64,000 bases of DNA, taken from NCBI GenBank assembly GCA_002269645.1, contig NIVC01000355.1, forward strand, positions 122,956-186,955, given 5' to 3'. Source of the stretch: Macrostomum lignano (Eukaryota). This document shows, piece after piece, positions 37,392 through 61,451 of the stretch. The position numbers were made by a program, and so were the translations under genes. Every line of letters begins with the position of its first letter. Position 1 is the first letter of the stretch. The notes below the pieces were generated by a model. The model was not told the origin of the DNA. It saw nothing but the letters and a program-made list of their open reading frames with translations, and did no database searches.

Positions 37392-38692
37392 GGGTCGGGG
37401 GAGGGTTCACAAACTCGAAATTTCACAAGGTCGAAATTTCACAACATCGAAAACTCGAAAAGCAGCCATTTTCACAAGGTCGAAACTTCACAACATCGAA
37501 AGCTTTAGCAAGAGACTTCATAAGGTCGAAATTTCACAAGGTCGGAATTTCACAACATCGAAACTCAAATAGCAGCCACTTTCACAAGGTCGAAACTTCA
37601 CAACATCGAAAGCTTTAGCAAGAGACTTCATAAGGTCGAAATTTCACAACATCGAAACTCAAATAGCAGCCACTTTCACGGGGGGTTTCACAAACTCGAA
37701 ATTTCACAACGTCGAAAGCACCCTCCTTCATAAGGTCGAAATTTCACAAGGTCGAAATTTCACAATATCGAAAACTCGAAAAGCAGCCACTTTCATAAGG
37801 TCGAAATTTCACAAGGTCGAAACTTCACAACATCGAAAACTTTAGCAAGAGACTTCATAAGGTCGAAATTTCACAAGGTCGAAATTTCACAGCATCGAAA
37901 ACTCAGAAAGCAGCCACTTTCATAAGGTCGAAATTTCACAAGGTCGGAATTTCACAACATCGAAAACTCAAATAGCAGCCACTTTCACAAGGTCGAAACT
38001 TCACAACATCGAAAGCTTTAGCAAGAGACTTCATAAGGTCGAAATTTCACAACATCGAAACTCAAATAGCAGCCACTTTCACAAGGTTGAAACTTCACAA
38101 GTTCGAAATTTCACAACATCGAAAACTTTAGCAAGAGACTTCATAAGGTCGAAATTTCACAACATCGAAAACTTTAGCAAGAGACTTCATAAGGTCGAAA
38201 TTTCACAACATCGAAAACTTTAGCAAGAGACTTCATAAGGTCGAAATTTCACAACATCGAAACTCAAATAGCAGCCACTTTCATAAGATCGAAATTTTAC
38301 AATATGAAAACTGAGAATTTAGCAGCCTCAAGTATGACAAGGTCAAAATTTCACAATGTAGAAAACTAAAGTTTTTATTGTGTCAATGTTTGTTATGATT
38401 ATCCTCTACAAGGAATTTGAAAAAGATAAGACTCTTACTTTTTGAAAGTGGCTGCGAAGTATTTGAGTTTTCGATGTTATGAAATTTCGACCTTGTGAAA
38501 TTTCGACCTTATGAAAGTGGCTGCTATTTGAGTTTCGATGTTATGAAATTTCGACCTTGTGAAATTTCGACCTTATGAAAGTGGCTGCTTTTCGAGTTTT
38601 CGATGTTGTGAAATTTCGACCTTGTGAAATTTCGACCTTGTGCAATAATTTGCTTTTCGACGTTGTGAAATTTCGACCTTGTGAAAGCACCC
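37392..38692. mobile_element. Foldback-like non-autonomous transposon built of long modular inverted repeats
   Basis: TTTCACAAGGTCGAAA/TTTCACAACATCGAAA modules run forward over 37392-~38360 and inverted over ~38440-38692. G-rich/C-rich ends; flanked by the direct repeat CCCATTGA(G) (37384-37391, 38693-38700). Confidence 0.8.
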
Positions 38693-39639
38693 CCCATTGA
38701 GCAGTGTCACCCATGTAACCGCCTTTGTGATCTTGAGGCGATTCTTCAAGCCGACTTCTTTTTCAGAAAGATTTATTTCAGAAAACCGAACTAACGATCA
38801 TAATTGATCTATTTCTGGCTCTGTGTATTAGCTGATATTAAGCGCCTAAATTTTCCAACATTGAGTAGTGCATACAGGATTTGATGTACCTGCTTTTGTT
38901 ACAGTAGCAGCTTAAACTAGTAAACCTTAAACTAAATTTGTTTATATCAATGCTTATTTCCAGTCTCTGACTCTGCTAGGCATTGAGCGCGATCTCGCCC
39001 AACTCATCATACGAAGAATGCGAAGAACGACAGAGAGTCTGGCGACAGTTATAAAATGAATTTCCAGTCGGCGCGGCAGCAGCAAGTGTCTACGCAGCAG
39101 AAGCAGCAAATTCCAAGCGCCAATAGGGCTTCACAATCGGCATCCTCCGCCAGTCTGATCCCCGAGCCCCAATTTCGGACTTGTTTGTTATAGACGGTTC
39201 GCAACGCCCAATCCCCAATTGCTGCCCTCCGTGTTACAGTGTTAGTCCTCTGCGTTTATTCACCCCCTTTAGCGCGTTCGGGGAAGGCCTGGCCTCCCCT
39301 ACCTCCCCTTCTCCCCCTCTCCAATAATTTTCTACGCCCAACTTTTCTCTACTTGACTTGCCGTTGCAGACAAATGCTTTTATTCGCCGCGACTATTCGC
39401 TTAGTAGTTTAGTGTAGTTTTTGACCAACTCTGTGCAGTGTAGATGCACCGCAACAGTCGACAGCGTCTGGCTAAAACTAGAACTGAAACAGTCAATGGA
39501 ATTCAATAGTTTATCATTAGATTCAGAATCCCCCGCCTAAACTAGCCATATTTTACAAACGCTTCAAGTCCACCGTAAGTTTTGAACTCGCTCATAGAAA
39601 TTCCTGGAGCCAATTGGAAGAGAAGGCCAAAAAAACGTT

Positions 39640-52900
<13,261 letters not shown>

Positions 52901-54602
52901 CGCGCGCCGATGATGGATGAGGCTGCGCCGCCTCCGCCCCCTCCAGCTTCCTCAATGCTCCTGCATATACATTTATACATACAATAGGCCTCTGTGCTCC
53001 CATGCTAGCCACGGCCGGTGGGAAGACATATTTCATTGTGTCTCTGTGTATTAAAAAATTACCACACTAAGTTTTGTGTTCTACATATAGAACCTACTGC
53101 GGTTAAACCAACCATTAATTTGAACGCTGTTTGTACAGAATGTCTGACCCCAACCTGGCCCTCGCTGTTTTGTATTTAATATTTGCGTGTTTAGCTATTG
53201 ACAAACAGAACCCGTGCAGCGAATGTTGCTGCTTATGAAGTTATAAATTTATTTTTAAAACACACCTTTTCTTAAATTGTACAGCTGTGGTGTACTCAGA
53301 GCTATGAGGTGGTACTGGTAGAAGCTGTTTGCTTTATTTAAAAAGCAAGTCTATTATTATTTTAATTCCAGCTTTATTTTATGATTGTCGTTTTAGTTGT
53401 CCGTCTGTCCGCAGGCTGGTGGGCGTGAGAGTTGATGAAATAAAGAGTTCGCATTGGTTATGACAGGAATATTTTATGGTACTCTTATTAAGGGCTTCGC
53501 TGGATTTGAGTGAGTTAAGAAGATGGCTGACCTTATTTATTTTTTACTGTTCGAAAATCTGTTTTCAAAGTCTGCAGCATACTTATATTGTACAATAATC
53601 TGTATGGATTAATTCAATTGTCTCGCTCTTGTTCGTGTCGTATTAGCCCATTAGTGATTGTATAATTCGAACACGGTTTTTATTTTTGCTAATACAAAAG
53701 CATATTACAGATTAATTATAATTATAATTTAAATGGCCTGGATCCTTTGAGCCCCCATCCCAAACTCAAACTGTGAGCTCATATCTAACTGCATACTCGT
53801 CAGTTTAGACAATATTTTTTGCCTCTACGGATGTGTTCTGTGCGCTCTATTGGTGTATTAGAACCTGCATAGTAAATAAAATGCTCACATATTCATATTA
53901 TAAATATTCCCCTCTCTCTTTCGCTCCCAGATTCGTCCTTTTGTTTTGTGAATTGTTTGTTTGCTTGTGTAACCCTATATCTGGGATCGTTTTCTGTTTC
54001 TTTTGCCTAATGCATTCTTCCAATCAATCTAAATATTCACACCTTTTTCCACACTTCTAACCTGATGTCTCCGCCTTCTCTGTAGATCTTCCTGTGCAAA
54101 TTTCCTAAATTAGGATAACTTTCCATTCACAGCTACCAGCTGCTCTTCAAACGTCTGTCTACACCCCTATTGTCTGTTTCCCACACCCGAGATAGCAGTA
54201 ACTATGGAACCCCCCTTTCCCCTACACGCAGATATTCGTCGGTCTATAGTAATTTCGAATGCCGAACACATTTTATTGAATGCAAAGTTCTCTACTGAAC
54301 TTGACAAGCGCTTGTTATTATCTGTTCGCTCTCAATATGCATACGGTTTTTTTTTAATTCGGCGAATATTTGGCATTTGCATATAAAACGCATATTTACA
54401 TACGATTTATATAATGTGTTTAAATGCATAAATATACATAAATTTATGTGTAATTATTATTACCATATTTCCCAATCCAGTTGAATGTTTTGAATGATAC
54501 ATAGAAAAAGTTATTGAATAGCTTTTCATTTTGGCTTTGTTTTTTGTGTGGGTAAACGTTGCGAGAATCTTAAAAAAATGCAGGTTTCCGATTTCAGATA
54601 TA

Positions 54603-54830
54603 GGTGGGTTCCAGGTTGCGTAGGCTTTCAGTTTAGTGGGTTTCAGGTTGCGTAGGTTTTCAGTTTGGTGGGTTTCAGGTTGCGTAGGTTTTCAGTTTAG
54701 TGGGTTTTAGGTTGCGTAGGCTTTCAGTTTAGTGGGTTTTAGGTTGCGTAGGTTTTCAGTTTAGTGGCTTCCAGGTTGTGTAGGTTTTCAGTTTAGTGGG
54801 TTCTAGGAATCTAGGTTGCATAGGTTTTCC
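54603..54830. repeat. 32-bp tandem repeat (GGTTGCGTAGGTTTTCAGTTTAGTGGGTTTCA), ~7 copies
   Basis: Visible array near the presumed left end of the Maverick element. Confidence 0.9.
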
Positions 54831-55751
54831 GTCAGGTGTGTTGTAGATTGCGTCAGTAAGGTTTGTAGTTGGTAGTTGGCATATTTGGCTAGGTTTCAAT
54901 TCCTGCTTAGATGGGTTCTAGCTCTTTCGTTTTAAGAGCTTTAAAACTTTTTTCTCTTGTCTGAAACGCTTGAGCTCCATATAGGCTTCACGATCACAGG
55001 ACTACTAAGGGCCGGCAGATCCGTTGATTTTGCGAAGGTCCGTCGGGCTGATGTCGGCCTCTAGCACCGCGGCAAGGTGCTCCCTCGGGGTGTACACCCG
55101 GGGTGTACCTCCAGCGGGGTGGGCGTCCAGCGAGTGTACCTCCAGCGGGGTGGGCCTCCTGCGAGTGTACATCCGGCAGGGTGGGCGTCCAGCGAGTGTA
55201 CCTTCAGCGCATGGGCCTCCCTCGGGGTGTACATCCGGCGGGGGGATTCCCGCCCCTCCCACCAATGTCGTGTGCACGCGGTTAGTGTAGGAAGGAAACC
55301 CCCGATGCTGACGCAGCCCTGTACACTGAGCAACCGGCCCCCATGCGGGGGACAGAGAGCAGCCCTGTAGCTGGGGACAGAGAGCAGCCCCTGTAGCAGG
55401 AGGGGTAGTGCGTGGAGAGCCGCCATCCCCCTGTAGCAAGGGACAGATAACAGGCGGCCCCCTGTAGCAGTATGAGGTGGGGTACAAAGAGACACGGGGT
55501 GCTGGGACAGAGAGTGCGTGGAGGCACCCTGCGCTGCCCTGGCATGTCGCAGCACGCGGCGTGGACAGAGAGGCAGTATGAATCACACCCCCCGCGGAGA
55601 GAGCGGCCCAGTCTGGAGGCGTGGGACAGACCGGCGGTGAGTGATAGAGAGCTCCCCAGGCTGCAGAGGACTTGAAAAGAAAAAAACACGTATTTTAGTT
55701 GTTTCAGGTTCAGGCCATCCGGCAAACAGAGCAAAGCTCTCCAACAGTGTT

Positions 55752-56381
55752 TTATTTAGCATAGACTACGGGGTAGCGCCCCAACACATTAGCATAGTAG
55801 CGAACAGATGCGTTCTGCAAGCAATTAACAATCAAGTAGGAGTAGGGCTCCCTAGTGGCGTCTTCGTACATTTGAACAAAACTTTTTGGGTTAGCGGGGA
55901 CAAGCTGCTTTGCAATATGGGCGACTGTACTAACGTCCCGTACATTGCGGAACAATACAAGGTAGTTTGCGTTAAGGGATTGAGTGCGGTGCTCCTTGCC
56001 CTTGGCAAACAGGTTTTGTACAAGGTACCAAAGCCGGAATCCCACATGGCTGACTTTGCGAGTGAAAAATGCGGTAAAAGCAGCGTTTTTTTCCATGGCT
56101 TGCATTTGATCATCGACAACGAGTAGAATATTCGGAGCGGGAACATAGGTTTCAGGGTTAAATGTAGACGAGCGAAAATTGACAGGGTACGGTAATTCAA
56201 ACAGTTCCGGGTCTGGATAGTGCCCAAACCAATCAACGCGAACAGGCTTAGGGTCCTGAAAAAACTCGTTTCGCAGCAATTCTTTAACAAGAGTTGTTTT
56301 TCCGCTCTGGTTAACACCAGCAAAAATCGCCGAAGTATTTGGAGCAAACTTTAGAGCGTCAGGATCAATTGTTTGGTACAT
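55752..56381 (-). CDS. Genome-packaging ATPase (FtsK/A32-like)
   Basis: Walker A GVNQSGKT, Walker B LLVVDD, and FT..VSH...LVQNLF.KG...RTQSLNANYLVLFRN.RD. The first ATG is at 56381 (the ORF track starts at TTG 56405). Confidence 0.93.
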   Translation of the reverse strand: MYQTIDPDALKFAPNTSAIFAGVNQSGKTTLVKELLRNEFFQDPKPVRVDWFGHYPDPELFELPYPVNFRSSTFNPETYVPAPNILLVVDDQMQAMEKNAAFTAFFTRKVSHVGFRLWYLVQNLFAKGKEHRTQSLNANYLVLFRNVRDVSTVAHIAKQLVPANPKSFVQMYEDATREPYSYLIVNCLQNASVRYYANVLGRYPVVYAK

Positions 56382-56415
56382 TTTCAGGGCGAGTTGACAC
56401 TCCAAATATTAAAAA

Positions 56416-56853
56416 CTATTTTATTTGTAGAACATGTTTTCGAACCATCAAATCATTTTCAAGCAGATTGGTAGAGTAACATTCCCTTAAAATCTTTTCA
56501 ATCGACAACCCCTCTAAAAAGTGCTTTTCGGCCACAAAAATCACATGCGGCCCACACGCTACACTTAGAGGGTGTTGAACAGGGTGGCGATTCATAGCAA
56601 CAGGTGAATGTACATGCATCGAGATCCAAGCCGAGAGCAATTCCGGCACGGGTTCAATACACAGGGGGTCAAAAAATGTCACACTCTTATCATCGTGTAG
56701 GCAAATCAGTCCCCAGTGGGTGCCTGGCAGATTGCCCGTGTCAAAATTAATTACATATGCAGCAGGGTAAACAGGTGCAGGAATTCTGTCAAGAGGGCAA
56801 ACGCGCACTTCCACAGGTAGTTTTAAACGTTCCAAAATTTCCAACGTGTTCAT
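56416..56853 (-). CDS. Adenain-like cysteine protease (Maverick PRO), 145 aa
   Basis: VINFD...PGTHW (His), FFDP (Asp), Q...S.ACG (oxyanion Gln, Cys). The start overlaps the MCP stop (ATGA). Confidence 0.9.
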   Translation of the reverse strand: MNTLEILERLKLPVEVRVCPLDRIPAPVYPAAYVINFDTGNLPGTHWGLICLHDDKSVTFFDPLCIEPVPELLSAWISMHVHSPVAMNRHPVQHPLSVACGPHVIFVAEKHFLEGLSIEKILRECYSTNLLENDLMVRKHVLQIK

Positions 56854-58133
56854 ACGTAGTCCAGAATGGGCTGGCGGCCTCTAGTGATTTGCACCGCGTT
56901 GTCAAAGTAACCAAACACCAAAACGTTAATCCCGGCAGGTAGGGCTGCAGAAAACTTTATCTGTAGGGTAAGATTCCCTCTCTCGCGAGGCATGCTATGT
57001 CCACCCAGTTCCATGTCGGGCATTAGATTCCACGCAAATAAGCAGTAACCAGCGCGATAATCCGAATATGACAGGTCAATGTCCAAATCGCGATTCATTT
57101 TCCCTAGGCTCTTAAACAGCATGGCGTATTCGCGAGCATAGTTTTGGGCAGCGAACCTTGGAGTGAATGGTTGACCGCACAGACTGACCCCGTCCTTGTA
57201 CAGGGCCACACTGTCCGCCCCAAATGGCTCGAAATTGAACGGATTATGGGTGGCCACCCCGTTATATGCGGCACTATTGACCATTCCCATAATGACAAGT
57301 TTAGGCTTCTGCTCCGGGAAAATATTATTGATTGACACGTCGCGAACTCCTACAGCGACAGAGGTGTTGTGTACAACGAGGCGCTCGATGGGGTAGACTG
57401 CATTCTGAGTTGACAGCTGTTCTTCAATCTCCAAGGCCAGTTGGGGGTTAGCCTTTACCCGACGAACGTGTAATTTTGCACTTTGAAGAACCAACTTTGC
57501 ATCAACCCCTTCGGCGTGATTCTCTACAACGAATCCCGAATTTTGCAGAGTGAGCGTAACCACCATATCAGTGTAGGGCAGCAGCATACGATCGTTGGTG
57601 ACAAAAAAGTCGAGACTAAGAGGGCCATACAGATGAAATGTTCGAGAACCGGCAGCCATCGCCTTGCGAGTTACAAAGCCAGGATTTCCAACCGCAGCCA
57701 TTTGACCCCCAGCGTCTTTAGCGTAGCCCATCATCCGCAGTTGGTTAGACTTTGAATCAGACCCATAACTCAAGCATGTACGAATGTACGCCTTGTAGGC
57801 ATGGTTGTTGTTGCTAGACTCGATATGTGTACCATTTATGGAAAGAGACACGTTTTTGAACATGGTCTCCAAGAGGTAATTGATTGGCGCCACGTTTGAA
57901 TCCGCCGCCAAATCGGCTCCATTAGCTCTCTTAATACAACCTTTAATCTCGAGATCAATGTCATTAAGATCGACAAACGTCTCGCCGCCCACAATTCTAA
58001 ACTCGACCACACTCGCATTTTCGACGCTGGCAACCGGGTGGATTTCTTCAGTAGTTGAACCTACAGCGGCAATCTGGTGGGCTCGAGGGGCAAAGAGCTC
58101 AAACTCGGACTTTGTACACAGACACTCGGACAT
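56850..58133 (-). CDS. Major capsid protein (hexon-like double jelly-roll), 427 aa, intact
   Basis: Maverick MCP motifs: C.KSE..LF, HP......VEFRI.G..FVDLNDI.L, PINYLLETMF, AYKAYI, FPEQKPKLVIMGMV...AYNG....NPFNF, G.LTLQIKF...L....VLVFG.F. Confidence 0.92.
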   Translation of the reverse strand: MSECLCTKSEFELFAPRAHQIAAVGSTTEEIHPVASVENASVVEFRIVGGETFVDLNDIDLEIKGCIKRANGADLAADSNVAPINYLLETMFKNVSLSINGTHIESSNNNHAYKAYIRTCLSYGSDSKSNQLRMMGYAKDAGGQMAAVGNPGFVTRKAMAAGSRTFHLYGPLSLDFFVTNDRMLLPYTDMVVTLTLQNSGFVVENHAEGVDAKLVLQSAKLHVRRVKANPQLALEIEEQLSTQNAVYPIERLVVHNTSVAVGVRDVSINNIFPEQKPKLVIMGMVNSAAYNGVATHNPFNFEPFGADSVALYKDGVSLCGQPFTPRFAAQNYAREYAMLFKSLGKMNRDLDIDLSYSDYRAGYCLFAWNLMPDMELGGHSMPRERGNLTLQIKFSAALPAGINVLVFGYFDNAVQITRGRQPILDYV

Positions 58134-58162
58134 GTTTAGTAGACAGACTCGATTCGGCGAAT

Positions 58163-58507
58163 CTAATTGAAGCGGGGCTTTTTATTTATAGTGCTGAAAA
58201 TGTCTGAATTGAGACGCTTCGGAGCCTTTTTTCTTCTTCGTCCGCTACCCCTTTGGGTAACCGTGTCTTTAAAGGCGTCCTTGGCAGCCTGAACAGAATT
58301 GCGCAGGACAGACTCTTTCAAATTGCCTCCTTGCTCGAGGCTATCGTTAACCGTAGTTGCTAGGGCTCTAGTACCATGACGGAGAACGTTTTTACCAAAA
58401 CTCTTTAGAATTGGCAGCGCGAAGCGGGCAATGCTTCCAAACAAACCGTTGCCCCTCTGGGCGCCCGCGAAAACAGGCAAAGCTCCACCAATCAGAATAG
58501 AAGGCAT
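58163..58507 (-). CDS. Conserved Maverick core-like protein (adenovirus pVII-like precursor), 114 aa
   Basis: PVFAGAQRGNGLFGSIARFALPILKSFGK N-terminal motif, basic C-terminus QRGSGRRRKK, and several adenain-type xxGG / QxGxG sites. Confidence 0.75.
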   Translation of the reverse strand: MPSILIGGALPVFAGAQRGNGLFGSIARFALPILKSFGKNVLRHGTRALATTVNDSLEQGGNLKESVLRNSVQAAKDAFKDTVTQRGSGRRRKKAPKRLNSDIFSTINKKPRFN

Positions 58508-58547
58508 GATTAAGCACTAGGATATAGTTTACTGAGGCTGTGCTGTT

Positions 58548-58555
58548 TATTTATA
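58548..58555 (-). promoter_or_regulatory. TATAAATA box (also penton stop and AATAAA), 48 nt upstream of the core-protein ATG
   Basis: One of a set at 63938-63945, 63001-63007, 61860-61867, 60826-60833, 58183-58190 and a degenerate copy at 56422-56429. Confidence 0.55.
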
Positions 58556-59243
58556 GCTTCTTTTCGCGGATGTTAACGCTCAAGACGGTCTTGCCCCTCA
58601 TTACTTTTGTCATATCCCTGCCCATATCATCGTTAATTTGTACTTCAATAGTTTTGAATGGGTGCTTAACCAGTGGTAGATATGCCGGATTGACAAACTC
58701 GTAGTACTCGCGACCGCCCTGAACTTTGGGATCCATCGGTATAGCTCCCAACAGAGGAACTTTAACGTCTCCTACAATAACAGAATCGACTATGCTCGAA
58801 TAGATGTACATTGTTTGTATTCCACCGGTTAATTCCATTGATGCGTTTGCGTAGAAATCCGATATACCGAAAAATGGGGTTGTATAATCATGCTCTGGGA
58901 AACCAAGCACGCTGGTCAAGCGCCCCAGCCCAAACATGTAATCCGTCGAGCCAATGTAATAACACCTATTCGTAACTTCGCTGTATCTGAAAAAGTCCGT
59001 TCTAGGTGCTGGAGCCGCTATGAGATCTTTGATATGTTTCCAAATTATATCGTTGAGTTCCTCCACCAATCTTTTAGGTGTACTATAGTATCCTCCCTGC
59101 ATAAAAAAGACTTGATCAGACGCTGCGTTAGTAACTTGTCTTATTATTGGAGCATGGTCCATTGACTGTACAGTCGGTTTCTCAACAACTGCGGTCCCAG
59201 TGAAAAATGATTCATGGATTCCACGTGGGTTCCACGTGGCCAT
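58551..59243 (-). pseudogene. Minor capsid protein (penton), N-terminally truncated
   Basis: G.YSTPKRLVEELN, MYIYSSIVDSVIVGDVKVPLL, F.NPAYLPL...F.TIEVQINDD.G. The usual N-terminal F..TLPSN..LP..W.VAL segment is absent and AT-rich DNA lies upstream. Confidence 0.75.
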
Positions 59244-59244
59244 G

Positions 59245-60289
59245 TGGAATTTAAATGTTTCCTTAATTTTTGCAAATTAATGACTTAAAGATGACATAAT
59301 GGTATGCAAAGTATTTTTTATGCATTATTTTTTAATTTTTACTGTCCTAATGTTGATGTGGATTTTACAAGGAATTCATGAGAAATAAGCGTATATTGAT
59401 TCAACATGGAATCCACTTCGATAAAAAACTGTGATACACCACATTCAGACGTTTTTATGAAATTACTATAATTAATTATTACATTTATATGCTTTTAAGT
59501 AAAAATTAATATCTTAAAGCTAAATTATAATCAGAAAATAAGATACTGTTTGTTAAATAATAAAATAGAATGACGTTTCGTGCTTTTTAAGATTATTTTA
59601 TATTCGTCATGTCTTGCATGGTTCAAGGCCTTGAAAGATAAATTGCCTTGTTTATGGCTATTTAAGCACCTTAAAAATTTTAGTAGACGTAGCCTATTTA
59701 GGCAATAACTTATTTAAGGCCATGGTCCATGATTAGAAATTAGATAAATCAGTAATCATAATAGGCCTAATACTTTTGCCAGTTTTTAAAATCCATCCAT
59801 GAAAATTTATTTAGGCTTATCCAAGGAACCATGGGTCCATAGATTGGCTACTCATTTTAAACTTAAATACTTTCGAAGTTCAAATCTTAGTCCTACCTAT
59901 AGTCCTAGGCCTAGGCCTTCTATTTATGTATGCTTATTAATATTAGGCCTTTTAAGCTAGCCTATAACTATCAATTCCCCTATTTTATTAGGTTACTAGG
60001 CCTAGCTTGACTTTGTGAATGTGACTTCAATCTAGTTAATTGTTAAAAATCTACATTTTGATTTTCTTCAAGCCTATTAGCATCTTTTGGCTTGTTGCAT
60101 TTTGTAAAAACAAATTATTAAATTATAATAATTCTTTGCAAACACTTGCAACCTGTTTTTGGCAAAGCTAGCCTAGCCAGATCCCTAAGGTTGCTATTAT
60201 AAATAAATAATGATTATTGTAAATTTGATCTGATTTAGGCCAAGTCCAGAATTTAATAGCATAGGGCATAGCTTTTAAGATTAGGCCTA
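59245..60289. other. ~1.05-kb AT-rich non-coding filler replacing the integrase 3' half and the penton 5' end
   Basis: Abrupt composition change; rich in TAGGCCTA motifs like host intergenic DNA in this window; no ORFs. Confidence 0.65.
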
Positions 60290-60691
60290 ATGTTTAGGCG
60301 GTGCAGGGAAATCATTCGCCAACATTGACTCAAACGCTGCGGGGGTATCACTCTTTAGTTTAATTGCCCTACAAAAAGCCTGCTTACTAAGCACATCAAT
60401 AACAACTAGTATATATTTATGTCCGTCATTCCAACGTTTGTATCGCGACATGTCCATCAAATCGGCTTGTAGAGTTTCCATGAATCCTCCCGACATTACT
60501 TTTCCCGTTTTAAATGTCCTGTTGACTCTCCGGTGACGGGTGTAACTCGGTTGGGTTTCTAGCCATTCCCTGGTTTGGCGTCTTGTCAGGTTTGGCGCCA
60601 GACGTTTGGCCTCCTGATAGACACGGGCAGCATTTGAAAAAGCGGCGGCTCCTTGTTCGTAAACTCGACGAAGAGCGGTTAGAGCCCTCAT
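60287..60691 (-). pseudogene. Retroviral-type (Maverick) integrase, C-terminally truncated
   Basis: EWLETQPSYTRHR, TLQADLMDM (first Asp), NDGHKYILVVIDVLSK. It stops at PPKH*, exactly where the LQTD.G.EF motif should follow. Confidence 0.88.
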
Positions 60692-60789
60692 TGACAACAA
60701 GTGTGGATGCACAGCATGAATAGTTGCACGTAATGTCGGCTGGGGAGTTGTCTACACAAAGCTTTGACGCGCGGCTGCTGCTGCGCCAT
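60688..60789 (-). CDS. 33-aa upstream ORF overlapping the integrase start (ATGA)
   Basis: The ATG at 60789 is 44 nt downstream of TATAAATA. Reads MAQQQPRVKALCRQLPSRHYVQLFMLCIHTCCQ*; its TGA overlaps the integrase ATG. Confidence 0.35.
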   Translation of the reverse strand: MAQQQPRVKALCRQLPSRHYVQLFMLCIHTCCQ

Positions 60790-60867
60790 GACCGCCGGGC
60801 GCGCGTTATGTTTGGACTAGGGTTCTATTTATAAAGAGTCACGTATTTTTTCTTTTCTCGGGTGGTC

Positions 60868-61449
60868 TTAGTTGGTAATCGTGATATTTACCCACCCGGT
60901 ACCTTGATCGACAAGTTTGGGCATAGCATTTACACCTTTGTTGCGCGTGGTCGTTAAATCGCGGGTGTCTGTCGCAATTGTGTGCTCATATTCATCGCGG
61001 TAATCGTCGGTACCAACCATATGGTCAACCTTCTTTTCCTCCACAGGGAGCTGTTTCCGACCGAGCATAGACATTGGTATACGGGCCTTGTCTAGCAGAG
61101 CCCAGAAAGCGGTCGAATATTTCGGGTGATTATTAGTGTTGGTGGTGACGGCTTGTAGAAGATCAAAAACGTTGCTGCCACCCCAAGTTTCACCATCAAA
61201 AACGACTTCCCACGATTGGTTGTAATTTAGGCTGGGGTGCTTTTCTGTTAGTATATTCCATATACGTTGTTGCCTATCAGAAAATAGCTGCTTTGTCGTC
61301 TTTTGGGGTTTTACTTTAGCCAATTGGGTCTGTAGCTTTGCATTGTACTCTACAAGTTTTTCGTACTCCGATTTTGGGGCAATTTCTCGCGGAGTACCCT
61401 GTCTAAGCTGATTGAATTCCTCCTCGGGGACCACAACGTACTTGTCCAT
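60868..61449 (-). CDS. Conserved Maverick/adintovirus ORF of unknown function (usually upstream of integrase)
   Basis: M.KYVVVP N-terminus and the W.V.FDGE..GSNVFDLL....HPK...F..LL....IP..LG motif. The ATG lies 2 nt after the upstream stop. Confidence 0.7.
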   Translation of the reverse strand: MDKYVVVPEEEFNQLRQGTPREIAPKSEYEKLVEYNAKLQTQLAKVKPQKTTKQLFSDRQQRIWNILTEKHPSLNYNQSWEVVFDGETWGGSNVFDLLQAVTTNTNNHPKYSTAFWALLDKARIPMSMLGRKQLPVEEKKVDHMVGTDDYRDEYEHTIATDTRDLTTTRNKGVNAMPKLVDQGTGWVNITITN

Positions 61450-61451
61450 TT

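Noticed and set aside
55001-55006. ACTACT as a Maverick terminus
   Set aside because: Wrong orientation for the left end of an element extending rightwards (AGTAGT would be expected on +), and no TSD or TIR support.
55641-59165. Plus-strand ORFs antisense to ATPase, MCP and penton
   Set aside because: Shadow ORFs of conserved minus-strand genes, with no motifs.
59245-60289. AT-rich filler as a spliceosomal intron joining integrase to penton
   Set aside because: No GT donor at the integrase break, and the missing catalytic segment is not present on the other side.
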